This document shows, piece by piece, positions 15,141-28,260 of a stretch of DNA of 64,000 nucleotides. Every line of letters begins with the position of its first letter. Position 1 is the first letter of the stretch. Made by a program: the position numbers and the translations under genes. This DNA comes from Negaprion brevirostris (Eukaryota). Location of the stretch: the NCBI GenBank assembly GCA_030324005.1, contig JARDVH010000025.1, forward strand, positions 117,407,395 to 117,471,394. The letters run 5' to 3'. The notes under the pieces were generated by a model. The model ran no database searches. It saw only the letters and a list, made by a program, of their open reading frames with translations, and was not told where the DNA came from.

Positions 15141-15392
15141 TTTCATTAGTGTGATTGTGTTAAATTAGCACAGAAGTAAACTGCATCACCCTCACTCACA
15201 GCTGAGACCCATAAATGGTAGCAGCTCTCTATGAAATCAGGACATTGGGACCTGTGTATTGTGCCACCACCTCCCTGTCTGAAATCAGTGAGGATCACAG
15301 ACCGAACTGTGGCTCTCCTGGTTGGCATAACTCAGCATTTACTCACTGAGATACTGGGGCAGCTCTCGAGCTTGAAGCATACAAACTGAAGG

Positions 15393-15690
15393 ACACTATT
15401 CAGTCCCTCTGTTGTCAGATACAAACAGGAGGCCATTCAATCTCTCAAGCCTCTTACATTTGAACAGAGGCTATTCAGCTCCTTTTACCTGTTACACATC
15501 AACAGGAGGAGGTCATTCAGCTGACTGAGTCTGTTACACAGGAATAGGAGGTCACAAATCCCTCAAGCTTGTTACATAGGAATAGGAGGCGGCCATTCAG
15601 CACCTTTAAGCCTCTCATAGAGTAACAGGATTATGCCATTCAGTTCCTCAAGCTCGATACACAGGGACAAGAAGAGGCCATTCAGCACAC
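15393..15690. repeat. Tandem array (~7-8 x ~40 nt) of a CR1-tail-like motif AACAGGAGGAGGCCATTCAGCCCCTCAAGCCTGTTACAC
   Basis: Units visible directly; same motif as reverse CR1 tails at ~10785-10825 and ~37105-37135. Confidence 0.8.
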
Positions 15691-15889
15691 GTTGACTGGA
15701 GGCACCCCCTGAATTTGTTCTACTGTTCAATAAGTTCACAGCTGATCTGTAGCTTATCTCCATCTACTGACTTTGGTTTTAAAACTCTNNNNNNNNNNNN
15801 NNNNNNNNNNNNNNNNNNNNNNNNNNNNNNNNNNNNNNNNNNNNNNNNNNNNNNNNNNNNNNNNNNNNNNNNNNNNNNNNNNNNNNNNA

Positions 15890-16195
15890 AACTACTACGG
15901 ATCTGTTTTTCTTTAAGTGCTATTAGTTGAAGGATAAACACCGGCCAGCAGGACACCAGGGCAAATGTCTGTCCACCTCTTGGAAATAGTGTTATGGGGC
16001 ATTTTACATCCACCTGAGACAGCAGATGGGGTTTCAGCTTAACATCTCATCTGAAAAACACCACCCCAGAAGTGCAACATTTCTGCACAGGTAAGTTAGC
16101 CTAGATTTTGTGAACAAATCCTTGGAGTGGGACTTGAACCCACACAAACATTCTGACTCAGAGGTAAGAGAGCTATATACTGATCCATGGATGAC
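15890..16195 (-). mobile_element. Deu-domain SINE (SacSINE1-like); further copies ~27560-27800(-), ~36200-36560(-), ~51895-52190(+)
   Basis: Reverse B-box gggttcaagtcccactcca; core tttcagatgagatgttaa. Confidence 0.72.
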
Positions 16196-17489
16196 GCCTC
16201 AGTGGGGGGTTATCTACCAAATAAAGGGCAGTAAACTGCAGTACTTTTCTCCTAGGATCCAGCATCTGCTGACTGTCAGAGTTTGACGAAATGTAAAATT
16301 TCACTAAATTGGGTTGTTTGAAATTGGACTGTTTTAAAGGCTATGACAGTAATAATGCCTGTTAAGAAAAAAAATCACATTTGATCTTATCATTCTCAAC
16401 TGAACTGCCTTGGGAAGTGTAGAATTTCACACAGCCTCTACTCTTACCAAGATTAAAGTGGCTTACAGCAATGTCTCTGTCCAATGCTATATTACAAAAT
16501 TATAAATAATAATGTTGAGACAATTCTTATTTTATTCTATATCTCTCTGAATAAACATGTATCACCTATTGTGACAAGCAGCATTGTTACAGGCAAAAGA
16601 TCATAATTCATAAGAATAGGAATCAGATCAACTCTTTCTTGCTGCTGGTGTTATTCTACCTTCTGCACTTGACAATAAACTGAGCTGCTCTTAACAGTTC
16701 TCCCTACGACATTCTATACTGTGACATTAAAATAGACTTAAACATCCAAATCCCTATGCTACCCATATCCAGTCCTGTTCAACCATCATCTTGCCGACCT
16801 ACATTGACTTCCAATACAGCAAAGTCTCAATATTAAAATTCTCATCACTGTTTTCAAATCCTTGCATGAACTTTCCTCTTCTTATCTTTATAATTCTCTA
16901 AGATACCTGTGATTCTCCAAATTCTGGTCTCTTGACATTCCTGATTTTAATCGACCCATCACTAGTGGCTGTGTCTTCAGCTGCGTAGACGCTAACCTCC
17001 GGAATTCCCTTTGTAAACCTCTCTGCCTCTGAACCGCACTCTTCTCCTTTAAGCTGTTCTTTGAAACTTTTGGTCACCTATTTTAATATCCATTCATGTG
17101 GTTTCATATCAAACTTTGATAACACTCCTACAAGGCACCTTGGAACTATTTATTATGTTAACAATAGAATATAAATGCAAGGTGCTACTGATTAGAAGCC
17201 ATTAGCCCTGATTCTCTTCAGTTCTTTGACCTCTGTCAACTGTTGCATGAGGACTTTGCATTGTGGAGGGATCAGTATGATATGATTACAGTCTGATCAG
17301 GTTAGGAGCATTAGGGGACCTTGCAAATCGGACATGAGGACAACTATCAAGTTGAAACAACATTCGTTTAAAAGAAGCATCGCTTTTAAAATTATGGGAT
17401 AGATTTTCACTTTGAGCAATATCAGGTCAGCTTCCCATACTATATCTGTTGGTTATCCATCCCTGCCGGAAACACATCCCAATGGTCAT

Positions 17490-18000
17490 AATTGCACATT
17501 ATACACCCTCTGCCTGTTACAGGTCTACCCATTACACACCCACCCATATATGTCCTGCCCATAATACAACACACTCATCGTACACCCCAGCCCATGACAT
17601 ATCATTTGCCTGTTAAACACCCAATTGTCATACATCTGGTCATTACAATACATGCCTATTGAAAACCTGCCCGTTTTACACCACACCCATAGTTCACTTC
17701 TCAGGCATGTTAAACAACCCCATCGGTTACACAACCCTGCTTGTCAAACACTGCATTAAACACACTTATTCACACTTAGCCATTATATTCTCCTGATTTG
17801 CTGGTTACATACTCTTGTCTGTTGTACACCTGGCTGCTATACACCCCTATTTTATACCCCTACTCATTATACATTGCTGCCCTCATATACTCGCCTTTCT
17901 AAGTTTCCCATTACATTTGCCTGTCATATACCCCATTTTATTAAAACTCATTTTACACCAGCCATTATATCTGCCTTACTCATGATACACCTATGCCTGT
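17490..18000. repeat. Highly degenerate C/A-rich tandem repeat (TTACACACCC..GCCTG-like)
   Basis: Recurrent ttacac/tatacacc/gcctg motifs at roughly 17-20 nt spacing. Confidence 0.6.
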
Positions 18001-18612
18001 TTTCCTTTTTCGTTGAACGTGCTACCTCTACATATGGAGCATTTTAGGAATAACTATAATATGATTTAATTATCAACAACACCATTGAGCTCTGCAAAAC
18101 ATAAGCCCCTATCCGTTCCTCCAAAAGGTGCACACAAATTTATTTTCTGCACACCATCAGAATATCTGCTACTTTCTTTTGAGTTTCACATTACTGCTCA
18201 GGATGTAGGGTTAGCTAATGAAAGCAAATCAGATTACATACAACACCAGAAGAGGGAAAATCAAGGTTATGATAATTCAAAGTATTTCTTGACCAGAAGT
18301 TGCGAATCCAAGCCCCAGCATGCCGTGTTAAGAAACTGAATTCCATAAATCTGGTGATTTGAGAGTTGGCAGCAGATCAAACACATCTGGTTCATTACAG
18401 TCTTCGGGAAGGGAACCTGATCTCCATATGCAGTTGGATTCTACCTCTGGTACCTTACATGGTTGGTTAATCTGCCCTGAGGGCAATATGGGATGGTCAA
18501 TAAATGCAGTCTTGTCAATCACCTACACTGAGGGTTGCCAATGCTCCAGGGTTGTCCTGGAGCCTTTGGGAGCCGAAGAGTCCTCTCCTGATCACTGCTG
18601 CGAGCCAAATAT

Positions 18613-19132
18613 GATGTGGATATGCCGGCATTGGACTGGGGTAAACACAGTAAAGTGTCTGACAACACCAGGTTACTTGAACAGCAGGTTAGGTGTAAAG
18701 ATTCGCATTCTAATCAGTAATCTGTAAACTGTCTGTGCTTTATATGCTCTGNNNNNNNNNNNNNNNNNNNNNNNNNNNNNNNNNNNNNNNNNNNNNNNNN
18801 NNNNNNNNNNNNNNNNNNNNNNNNNNNNNNNNNNNNNNNNNNNNNNNNNNNAACCTCACTTACTGTACTGTCTGGAGACAATACACATCTCTTTAACCTG
18901 TGATCAGTGCTCCTTCCACACACATTGTTAGCCACTTCAGGACTTGAACAGCAGGTTAGATGTAAAGATTCGCATTCTAATCAGTAATCTGTAACCTGTC
19001 TGTGCTTTATATGCTCTGTCTGAGGCCAGAACTCTCCATTCACCTGACGAAGGGACTAACTCCAAAAGCTAGTGAGTGTACTATCAAATAAATCGGTTGG
19101 ACTTAAACCTGGTGTTGTCAGACTTTTTACTG
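18613..19132 (+). mobile_element. Penelope-like element remnant with inverted tail and partial tandem repeat
   Basis: 14-bp direct flanks TGCGAGCCAAATAT (18599-18612, 19133-19146); 30-bp inverted repeat 18646-18675/19105-19134; 77-bp direct repeat 18675-18751/18942-19018; CTGACGA..(G>A)AAAGCT core. Confidence 0.75.
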
Positions 19133-19762
19133 TGCGAGCCAAATATCCAGGAGAAAATCAGGGTTTGGGGGTGATGATTAAAATTTGTGTAGTTTTCAAA
19201 ATGAATTATTAGAAAATAATGGTTGTGAGCAATCAAACTATGTAAAAAGGGAATTCAGACTTTTTGATTGGCATCCAAAAATTATCAAATTGCATAATGA
19301 AGTGTCTGCACACTTTACAAATGGCTGGGAAGTCACATATCACAAGGATAGATATGTCAGTGAGCAATAATGGAAATATTGTGGGGTGAGGCACCGTGAA
19401 GACAGATGTGTCAAATGACCAATGGCAGAGGTGTGAGGATGGAGTGGTTGGAAGCAGATGATCATGTGATGACACCTGTAGGACTATGTCTAACCAGAGT
19501 TTTCAACACCACCCTGAAGCTGGCAAGTCTATCTTGGATCATGATGTGTTGGGAAATGGCCTCAATCTAACAGGGGTCTGCAGGACAATTACATCAGCCA
19601 GAAAGTAATTTACTGGAACTGGGTAAGTGGTTGAGGCCAAGAATAAGCTAAGTAGTGTCATGGGAAGGTAGTAGGATTGTCATTCTGGAAGGGCTAAATC
19701 ACATGGAGTCATTGGGTTGAAGTCTAGGCATTTGCCCTTCAAAACTGGTTTTCATAACTCAC

Positions 19763-19795
19763 GTGTACAGGTGATGCAGGATCAGGCTGAGCACT
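19763..19795 (-). CDS. PCNX2: PCNX2 33-nt exon (phase 0->0): SAQPDPASPVH
   Basis: cctgtttcag|AGT acceptor, CAC|gtgagt donor; conserved S.QPD..SP.H. Confidence 0.94.
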
Positions 19796-19823
19796 CTGAA
19801 ACAGGACAAGAAAAGAGTCATCA

Positions 19824-20054
<231 letters not shown>

Positions 20055-21640
20055 CTATTTGAACGTTGCTCATAAATTAGTTTAAATGGAAGCTTTAGTT
20101 TGCTTAATATACACTGGAGGAAACACATGGCAGTTTGGAAACAGGTGGAGTGAATGTCCTCTGTCGTTCTCCTGATTAGCCACTAAAAAATCAATGGTAA
20201 CTATTTTTAACACAGTGTACCTAGAGTTATGGCAGCTGATTGAGAGAACCATGGGTAAAATTGCCAGTGGGAGTTACCACATGGATTGTGTGATTGTTGC
20301 ATGACTCAGCACATCAGAAAATCTGTGTGAAGCATGGCTCATCTAGACCTAGTAATTGCAAATGATCCAAACAATACAGGGATGTGGGAGTTATGGCACA
20401 CTGCCAGGGCAGTGACCACTGAATGATTTAACCCTGGTCTTCAATTCAATGAAACCAAAGATACAGGAGCTAGGTATTGCCCATTACTTTAAATGGGCTT
20501 AATTTAAAAGTATAAAGGAACAACCTCAACAAATTGCTAAGGGAAGATTAGTGTTCAACAACACCTCAACAGAGAATAAAATGGATCACCATTAAATACT
20601 ACTCATACATGATATTGGAATATGAAAATCAAACTGGATGAGAAACAGAAAATGAGTACTTGCTAGAGGAATTGCAATGTAGGGGACTACTCAGTGGGTG
20701 GCATTGAGTAGGGGGGGTTAAGTGGGGGAGGGAGGGGTGGAGTACAGATAATTAACAGGGAAAGACTAGAGAAAGTTAGATCTTGAAAGGAAATGTCAAA
20801 ACGATGACCTCACTGACATTTACAAGATAGTTGGTTCCTATATTTTTGATTTTACTGAATTTCCGATCAAATTAAGTCATTCAGTTGTCACCGCCTGTCA
20901 GTGTGCCATGACTTCCACATCCAGTGTGCTGTTTGGATCATTTACAATGAACAGGTTTGGATGGGCAATGCCTTTTGTGGATTTTGTAATAAGGTGAGTA
21001 ATTGAACAATCAAACGATCCNNNNNNNNNNNNNNNNNNNNNNNNNNNNNNNNNNNNNNNNNNNNNNNNNNNNNNNNNNNNNNNNNNNNNNNNNNNNNNNN
21101 CTCCAGGTCCAATTGGGACAAGGGATCAGAAGTTTAAATTAGTAAGTTCAGGATAGCTATCAAGCTTGAGTGTTATGGAGCTGCACACACCCAGGCAAGT
21201 GGGGAGTATCCATCATATCCTGGCTTGATCTTTGCAGATGGTGGACAGGCATTGGGGAATCAAGATGAGAATTACTTGCCTCAGAGGTTCCAGCCTCTGA
21301 CATGTTCTTGAAGCATAGTATTTATATAGTTGCTCCAGTTCAGTTTCAGTCAATGCATGTTGATGGGGGAGGGGGCAGGGTGGGGCGCGGCAGGGAGTTA
21401 GGCGATGATAATCCCACCAAATGTCAAAGTCGATTCTCTCTTGTTGGAGATGAGCATTGCCTGGGACTTGTGTGGCATGAATATTTCTTGTCACTTACCA
21501 GCCCAAGCCTGGATATTGTCCAGGTCTTGCTGCACATGAACAAGGACTGTTTCATGTGCAACATCATCATTTCTTATGGACTGTAACAATGCAGAGTTCT
21601 ATGAAGTGATAGAAACTTTAAAAGCCAAGAAGATAACTAC

Positions 21641-21783
21641 CTGTCAAGTAAAGTCAGTAAAGCCAGNNNNNNNNNNNNNNNNNNNNNNNNNNTGCCAGGT
21701 AAAATCCAAAACCTGTAGGACTGTTTGCAGTTGGGCTTTTCCTCTATTACTTTAACAGTTGATTCACGATTCACAGCCCCTCC
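21641..21783 (-). CDS. PCNX2: PCNX2 exon (143 nt, phase 0->2): GGAVNRES...YRFWILPG[26 N]LALLTLLDR
   Basis: tctctgaag|GGA acceptor, GACAG|gtagtt donor; YRFWILP...LLDR pecanex motif; internal gap 21667-21692 keeps the frame. Confidence 0.88.
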
Positions 21784-22459
21784 CTTCAGAGATAAAAGGA
21801 TATTTATATAAGCAAAAAATTAGAACAACCATCCAAAATACACAGCTAAGCCTTCTCTACATGGCTCATTGAGTTTTACTTTACCCATATTAGCTGGAAA
21901 TGAAATTGTTCTCTGTCAGCTAATGATAGGTCATTTCTCCTAATTAGAAGGAGGGGTCACAGGGTCAGGATAAGTGGTCAGCCATTTATGGCAGAGATGC
22001 GGAAAAACTCCTCACTCAGAGGGTTCTAAAATTTTGGAATTCTCTGCCTCAGAGGGCCTGCTAATTCTTAGTTGATTAATAAATTCAAGACTGAAATCAA
22101 TAGATTTTTGGACATTGAGGGAATTAAGAGATTTGGGGATAGTGCGAGAAAGTAGACTTCCATTTTAATTCACAGGAGATTAAACGTGACGCATGGTCTG
22201 TGATTCAGTCCCTATTCTGTAGGGAGGCAACTATCTGCTGCAAAAGCCCCATCTCACCAACAAATAGAACTCGAGATATTATGTCCACACTTGTCTCATA
22301 TTGCTCAACCAAATCAAATGCCAGCTTGTTATGGTACTTCTGTTGGAATTGGGGATGTTGAGATGTAAAGTGTCTGATTGGGATCTAGTTGGCTTCAAAT
22401 GATGATTGGGACAGAATTGATTCTCAGAAAATCCACACCGATCTGGCTAATATCATAGT

Positions 22460-22660
22460 ACCATTGAATCCCTACAGTGCAGAAGGAGGCCATTCAGCCC
22501 ATCAAGTCTGCACTGACTCTCTGAAAAAGCACCACACCCAGCCCCCCTCACCCCTATCCCCTTAACTCCACACATTTACCATGGCAAATCCACATAACCT
22601 ATACATCTTTGGACACTCAGGGATAATTTAGCATTGCCAATACCTGCACATTTTTGGACT
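22460..22660 (-). mobile_element. V-SINE 3' half with CR1-derived tail (HE1-like)
   Basis: gaatccctacagtgcagaaggaggccattcagccc tail plus core remnant. Confidence 0.7.
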
Positions 22661-22799
22661 CAGAGGGTTGATCTATATCACAAGAAATTGGATTCTTCCT
22701 GTTTGGCTCCAGATATGTCAACAGCTTGATGAGTAGAGAGATTCTATTTGGGAAGCTTTCAATCCTCTGTGCTGGGAAAGGACGGTGATTTTAACAGGT

Positions 22800-23715
22800 T
22801 AATCTATAACTGGGATATAGCAGGGATCAGTGCTAGGACCTCAGCTATTCACAATATACATTAATGGTTTAGATGAGGGAACTAAATGCAATATCTCCAA
22901 ATTTGCAGATGATACAAAGCTGGGTAGGAGAGTGAGCTATGAGAAGGATGTAGAGATGCTTCAGTGTGATTTGGACAAGCTGAGTAAGTGAGCAAATGCA
23001 TCGCTGATGCACTATAACATGGATAAATATGAGGTTATCCACTTTGGTAGCAAAATCAGGAAGACAGATTATTATCTGAATGGCTATAAACTGAGAGAGG
23101 GGAATGATACCTGGATGTCTTTGTATACCAGTCACTGAAGGTAAGCATGCAGGTGCAGCAAGACAAAAGGCATGTTGGCCTTCATAGTGAGTGGATTTGA
23201 GTACAGAAGCATGGATGTCTTGCTGCAATTAGACAGGGCCTTGGTGAAGCAACACCTGGAAAACTGCAAGCAGTTTTGGTTTCTTTATCTGAGGAAGGCT
23301 GTTCTTGCTATAGAAGCAGTACAACAAAGGTTTTCCAGACTGATTCTTGGGATTGAGATCTGAAGTATAGGGAGAGATCAAGTTGGTTCAGATTATATTC
23401 ATTGGAGTTCAGAAGAGGAGGGATCTTGTAGAAACCTATAAAGTTCTAACAGGACTAGAGGCAGGAAAGCTGCTCCTGATGGTGGGGCAGTCCAGAACCA
23501 GGGATCATAGTCTAGGCATAAGGGATAAACCTTTAGGACTGAGATGAGGAAAAATTTCTTCACCCAGAGAGTGGTGTGCCTATGGAATTTGCTACTGCAG
23601 AATGCAATTGAAACCAAAATATCGTATGCTTTCAAGGAGTTAGATACAGCTCTTGGGGTAAAAGAGGTCAAAGGATATGAAGAGGAGGCAGGAAGATGCT
23701 TTTGAGTTGGATGAT
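22800..23715 (+). mobile_element. CR1 LINE RT-to-3' fragment, frameshifted
   Basis: QGSVLGPQLFTIYIN.LDEGTKCNISKFADDTKL; GFEYRSMDVLLQL.RALV..HLE. Confidence 0.93.
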
Positions 23716-24195
23716 CCAGGCAGTCCAGATATAAGATAGTTCGTCACGGTTATACACAAAGTGACATTAAGCCAAGGGACCCACACTGACTACCACACTT
23801 GCTTACAAAATTTAACCGATTCCGTTTATGTTTTGTGTTCTTTTAATGAAAGCTGTAATTAAGAAAAGGCAATTTTTTAAAATGGAAATGCTGAAAATAC
23901 AGCAGTCCAGGCAGAATCTGTGAGAGAGGAACAGAGTCAATGAACATGTCTGACCTGCTCTATGTTATTTCAAAGTTTCAGCATTTGTGGCATTTTTGCT
24001 TTGAAGGATGAATTTTAATATTGGAATGCATATCTCAAATTGTAAAAGGTATATTTAACTTCTAGCATTTTGAAATTAGTTGTCAAGATAACATCCTTAC
24101 GTATATCTTCACTGAAATTGGCAGCCCATCTTCAATTATTTTGTTTCGACACAATGAGATATTTGGCATGAATTTCTGCACGGCCCATTGCCTAC

Positions 24196-24337
24196 CTGCC
24201 GTGCTTCTGAATATCTTCTAATTCGCATTCTCTGCAATACAACTGGCTGTTGTTGATGGGGTGGCTCATCTATCGTTTCCTCTGCCCCGTTGTGGCCATC
24301 TGCTGAAGGATAACTGTGGGAGTTGGGCTGATGATCC
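24196..24337 (-). CDS. PCNX2: PCNX2 exon (142 nt, phase 2->0): DHQPNSHSYP...QQQPVVLQRMRIRRYSEARQ
   Basis: tttttcacttcag|G acceptor, CAG|gtaggc donor; open frame, phase-compatible. Confidence 0.82.
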
Positions 24338-25139
24338 CTGAAGTGAAAAACATGTGAAGAGTGATGCTATCTGGACTTCTGCTGCTAACCACACATTAAA
24401 GGCCCATTGCCATTAAAACGCACACTTTTTTTTAAATAAAGAGTTCTTGCAGTTAATTACAGAACAGAAAAATAAGGCACAATATTATCGAGGTAATCAT
24501 TATTGAGGTAAATCTGAGGAGCTTGCAATTTCTTGGTGTCCCACAAGGCTGATTGTTGATTCACCTGGGGAGATTAGATTGCATAGAATGAGTAACACAG
24601 CAGAGTGGTTGAGAGTGTAAGAGAGAGCAACATAAAAGTGAATACAGTAATGAAGCAAATTTTTTTTAAATGAAGTAGAGAAAACCAAAAGCACGCCTAG
24701 AAAAAGACAGATTTTTATATTTGGAATCATATAATATTACGGAGCAGGAGGCCATTNNNNNNNNNNACTTCCACACCCCCGCTCTTTACCTACAGTCCCT
24801 GCAATTTATTTCTAATGTATTTATCTACTTAGCTTTTGGAAGTCACTATTGAGTATGTCTCCATCACCATTTTGGGAAATGCCTTCCAGATTACAATTTA
24901 CAATTGCCTCTGGTTGTTTTGTCTATGTCCTCTAATTACTGACCATCCTGCCAGTGGGAGCCGTTTCTCCATATCTACTGAATCAAAACTCCTCTCAAAA
25001 TTTTAAAATCCCCTACAGCTAGCTTAGGAGAACTGTGATCACACCTTTCATGAAACTGTGTTCCCCATTTCACTGTTCTTCCAGACAAGGGAGATCAGGT
25101 TGTGAATTCTTGTCAAGAATGCCTCACCATCACATTGTA

Positions 25140-26840
25140 ATATTTCAGTGGGGATTCCATCTGCTTTAGAGCCTTTAGGGCTTTAGAGCCCCAGACATGA
25201 CCTAGTCATTATAAACACCTGTTCCACCAGAAGGACAAGCAAAAGATCTCATGGCAACAGCCCTATTCCAAGCACAGGCACCTGACTATATCATCATCTG
25301 AGCAAGGGATTGGAAAGAATTCCACATCACCTGCTCATGACTGAAGCCAATGACTGCTGGACTGACTACTGACTAATCTGCTCTGCCATCTCAATCACCC
25401 TGGCATGTAACTGGCAGAGGCAGAAAAAAACTTTGCTGCATGAGACTCAATGTCAGCTCTCCGAGGACTCCTCAACCAAGGTGTAGACTTCAATGCAAAT
25501 GCTCTTGACAATATCCAATAACACACTACCTGACACCATCTGAGCACAACCCCAATTTGCCATGAGGACGAAAGAAACATCTGACAGCTGAAAACAACAA
25601 GGCTCTAAAGCAGATGGAATCCCCATTGAAATATTACAATGTGATGGCGAGGCATTCTTGACAAGAATTCACAACCTCATCTCCCTTGTCTGGAAGAACA
25701 GTGCATGTTGGAAGATCTCAGAGACGCCTTAATTGTGATTGTCTTCAAGAAAGGAGACAGGTCTGACTGCAGAAGTTACAGATTGATCTTCCTACTCTCT
25801 GCTACAGGAAAGGTCACTGTGAGAATCCTCCTCAACTGCCTCTCAGTGGTTGAAGGGCTTCTCCCCGAGTTTCAGTGTGGCTTCTGACCATCAAGGGGCA
25901 CAATGGACATAATCTTCAGTGCGCGACAAATCCAGGAAAAGTACAGGGAGCAACAGCAACCTCTACAGATGGTCTTCTTATGTCTGGCATGGGCCTTCAA
26001 CTCTGTCTACCATGAGTGATTGTGGAACATCCTCAAATTCGGCTGCCCACAGAAATTCGTCACCATTCTCCACAATGAGATGTAAGCCAGGATTCTCTCC
26101 AAAAAAACCCACCACAGAGCCAATACATGTGCAAACCGGGGTCAAACAAGGGCTGCATCATCGCACTAGTGCTCATCTCTATCTTCCTCACAGCAACATT
26201 CCACCTCATCATCTTGAGGCTCTCCACTGGAGTGGAGCTAACCTACCAGATAAGTGGTTAGCTTTTCAGCTTTTCAACTTCTGATGTCTCCAGGACATAA
26301 CCAAGACCACCCCAACTTCTGTCATCAAGCTGCAGTATAAGAGCACAAGAGCACATGCGTGCACACTCAGAGGCCAAGCTACAAAGCCCTACCGATTGCA
26401 TTCACTGAGGTATATGAGAGAACAGACCTCAGAATAAACGAATGGAAAACAAAGGTTCTCTGCCGGCATGCTGCTGCCATACAAAACTGCCCCCCCGAAC
26501 CATCAAGAACCACTGTGAGCCCTTAGACAATGTGGATCATTTTGCACACCTTGGGAGCCTCCTCTCAGCACGAGCAGACTTCGACAATTGAGTCCAGCAT
26601 CGACTCCAATATGCCAGTTCAGTCTTTGGAAGCCTGAGTGTTCAAAGACGGAGACCTCNNNNNNNNNNNNNNNNNNNNNNNNNNNNNNNNNNNNNNNNNN
26701 NNNNNNNNNNNNNNNNNNNNNNNNNNNNNNNNNNNNNNNNNNNNNNNNNNNNNNNNNNGAGTGTTCAAAGACGGAGACCTCAAATCAAGCACCAAACCCA
26801 TAGTCTACGGAGCAAGTGTGGTCCTCGCCCTCTTAGATAA
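25140..26840 (+). mobile_element. RTE-clade (BovB/RTE-like) LINE ORF fragment, decayed
   Basis: ADGIPIE, DLRDA.IV..FKKGDRSDC..YR.I.LLS..GKV..RILLN, LLPE.QCGF..SRGT.D.IF.ARQIQEK.REQ, FGCP.KFV, TGVKQG. Confidence 0.88.
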
Positions 26841-27819
26841 TAGGATTCCCCTCCTCATGATCACCTCCAAGCAGTCACTAGGATTCTGTAGAATATGGGT
26901 TTGAATTGTAAGAATTGCTAAGTGTTTTAAAATCCAAAGCAAAGTAGTTCATAATTAATGGGGCCACAATGTCCCACAGCTTGCAATATGTAAGAAGAGG
27001 AAAATGTCATTCAGTCCCTTAAACCGGTTTTCTCATTTACTTAGAATATGGTTGATCTACATCCTAACTCCATTTACCCACCTTTCCTGGACTCTCCCAG
27101 TAGAGGAAATAGTTAGTCTCTATCTGCCCTATCAAATTATTTATGAATCTCAAACACCGCAATTAAATTGCCCCTTAGGCTTCTATACTGTAGGTATACT
27201 GGAGATAAGATGGAATTTCAGGGCAGCATGGATGAAGGCTTTTAATAAACGAACATATCCACATTCATGTCCTATGCTGAGTGATGGTTGGGCAAGAGAT
27301 GGTGGGAGGAAAAATAGAAGAGACATGTTATTTCAAAATAGACCACATATTTTTAAGAACCCTATTAATAGTTATCATTAAATCACCGGGTTTTTGTTCA
27401 ATGCTGATAGTGAACAGTTTTGACGATAAAAGATTGAAATCACTACAGCACCCTCTAGTGAGGGTGAGCTGAAACAATCTTTGATTATTTCACCAGTTAA
27501 AGAAAAACATGCAGTTTTCTAGCCCCAATTCACTATCAATGGACTTCCCAAAGTTCTTTGCAACTGTGAAGTATTTTTGAAGTGTAGTAGCTGCTGTAAC
27601 GTAGGAAACACGGTTACACAATTTGCAAGGTCCCACAAACAGCAACAAAATAAACAACACGGTAATCTACTCTTATTAGGTATTGGTTAAGGGATAGATA
27701 TTGGCCAGGACATTAGAAGAACACTCATTCTTCTTTAAAATAGTATCATGGAATCTTTTAATGTCTGGCTGAGAGAGGAAAAGCAGCCTCAGTCTGACAA
27801 AAATCAGTTGAAAATTTTA

Positions 27820-28260
27820 AATTAATAATTGATTTAACATCAAGAGTTTCAAACTTCTACCATCCTTTATGTGAAGGAATGCTTCCTACTTTACTCATGA
27901 AAACTTTGGCTCCAATATTTAGATTATATTCCTTAAACCTAGACCTCACAACTAATGGACATAGTTTCCATCTCCCCTACCCGTTCTCCTTAATATCTTG
28001 CAAACTTCAAACAGGTCTCTCCTGCTAAATTCAAGAGAATATAACCCTAGTTTATGTAATCTCTCCTTGTGATTTAGCCCGTGATGTCCAGATATAATTC
28101 TGGTAAATTGACTCCAAGGTCAATAAACCCTTCCGAAGATGTGGTGCCCAGACTGCTCACATACTCCAGATGTGGTTTAATTAAGGCTTTGTACAACTGC
28201 AAAGTAACTTCTAACCCCTTCAATTCTAGTCCTCTGGATGCAGAGGATAACATCCCATTT
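27820..28260 (-). mobile_element. CR1 3' fragment
   Basis: Reverse of LYKALIKPHLEY motif. Confidence 0.7.

Noticed and set aside
20700-21400. G-run clusters (20710-20740, 21363-21395; also 38308-38330) as G-quadruplexes
   Set aside because: Short simple G-tracts in or near decayed repeats and gaps; no evidence of function.
26637-26781. Direct repeat gagtgttcaaagacggagacctc on both sides of a 100-N gap (similar short overlaps at gaps ~6331, ~7838, ~15789)
   Set aside because: Typical contig-overlap assembly artefact, not a biological duplication.
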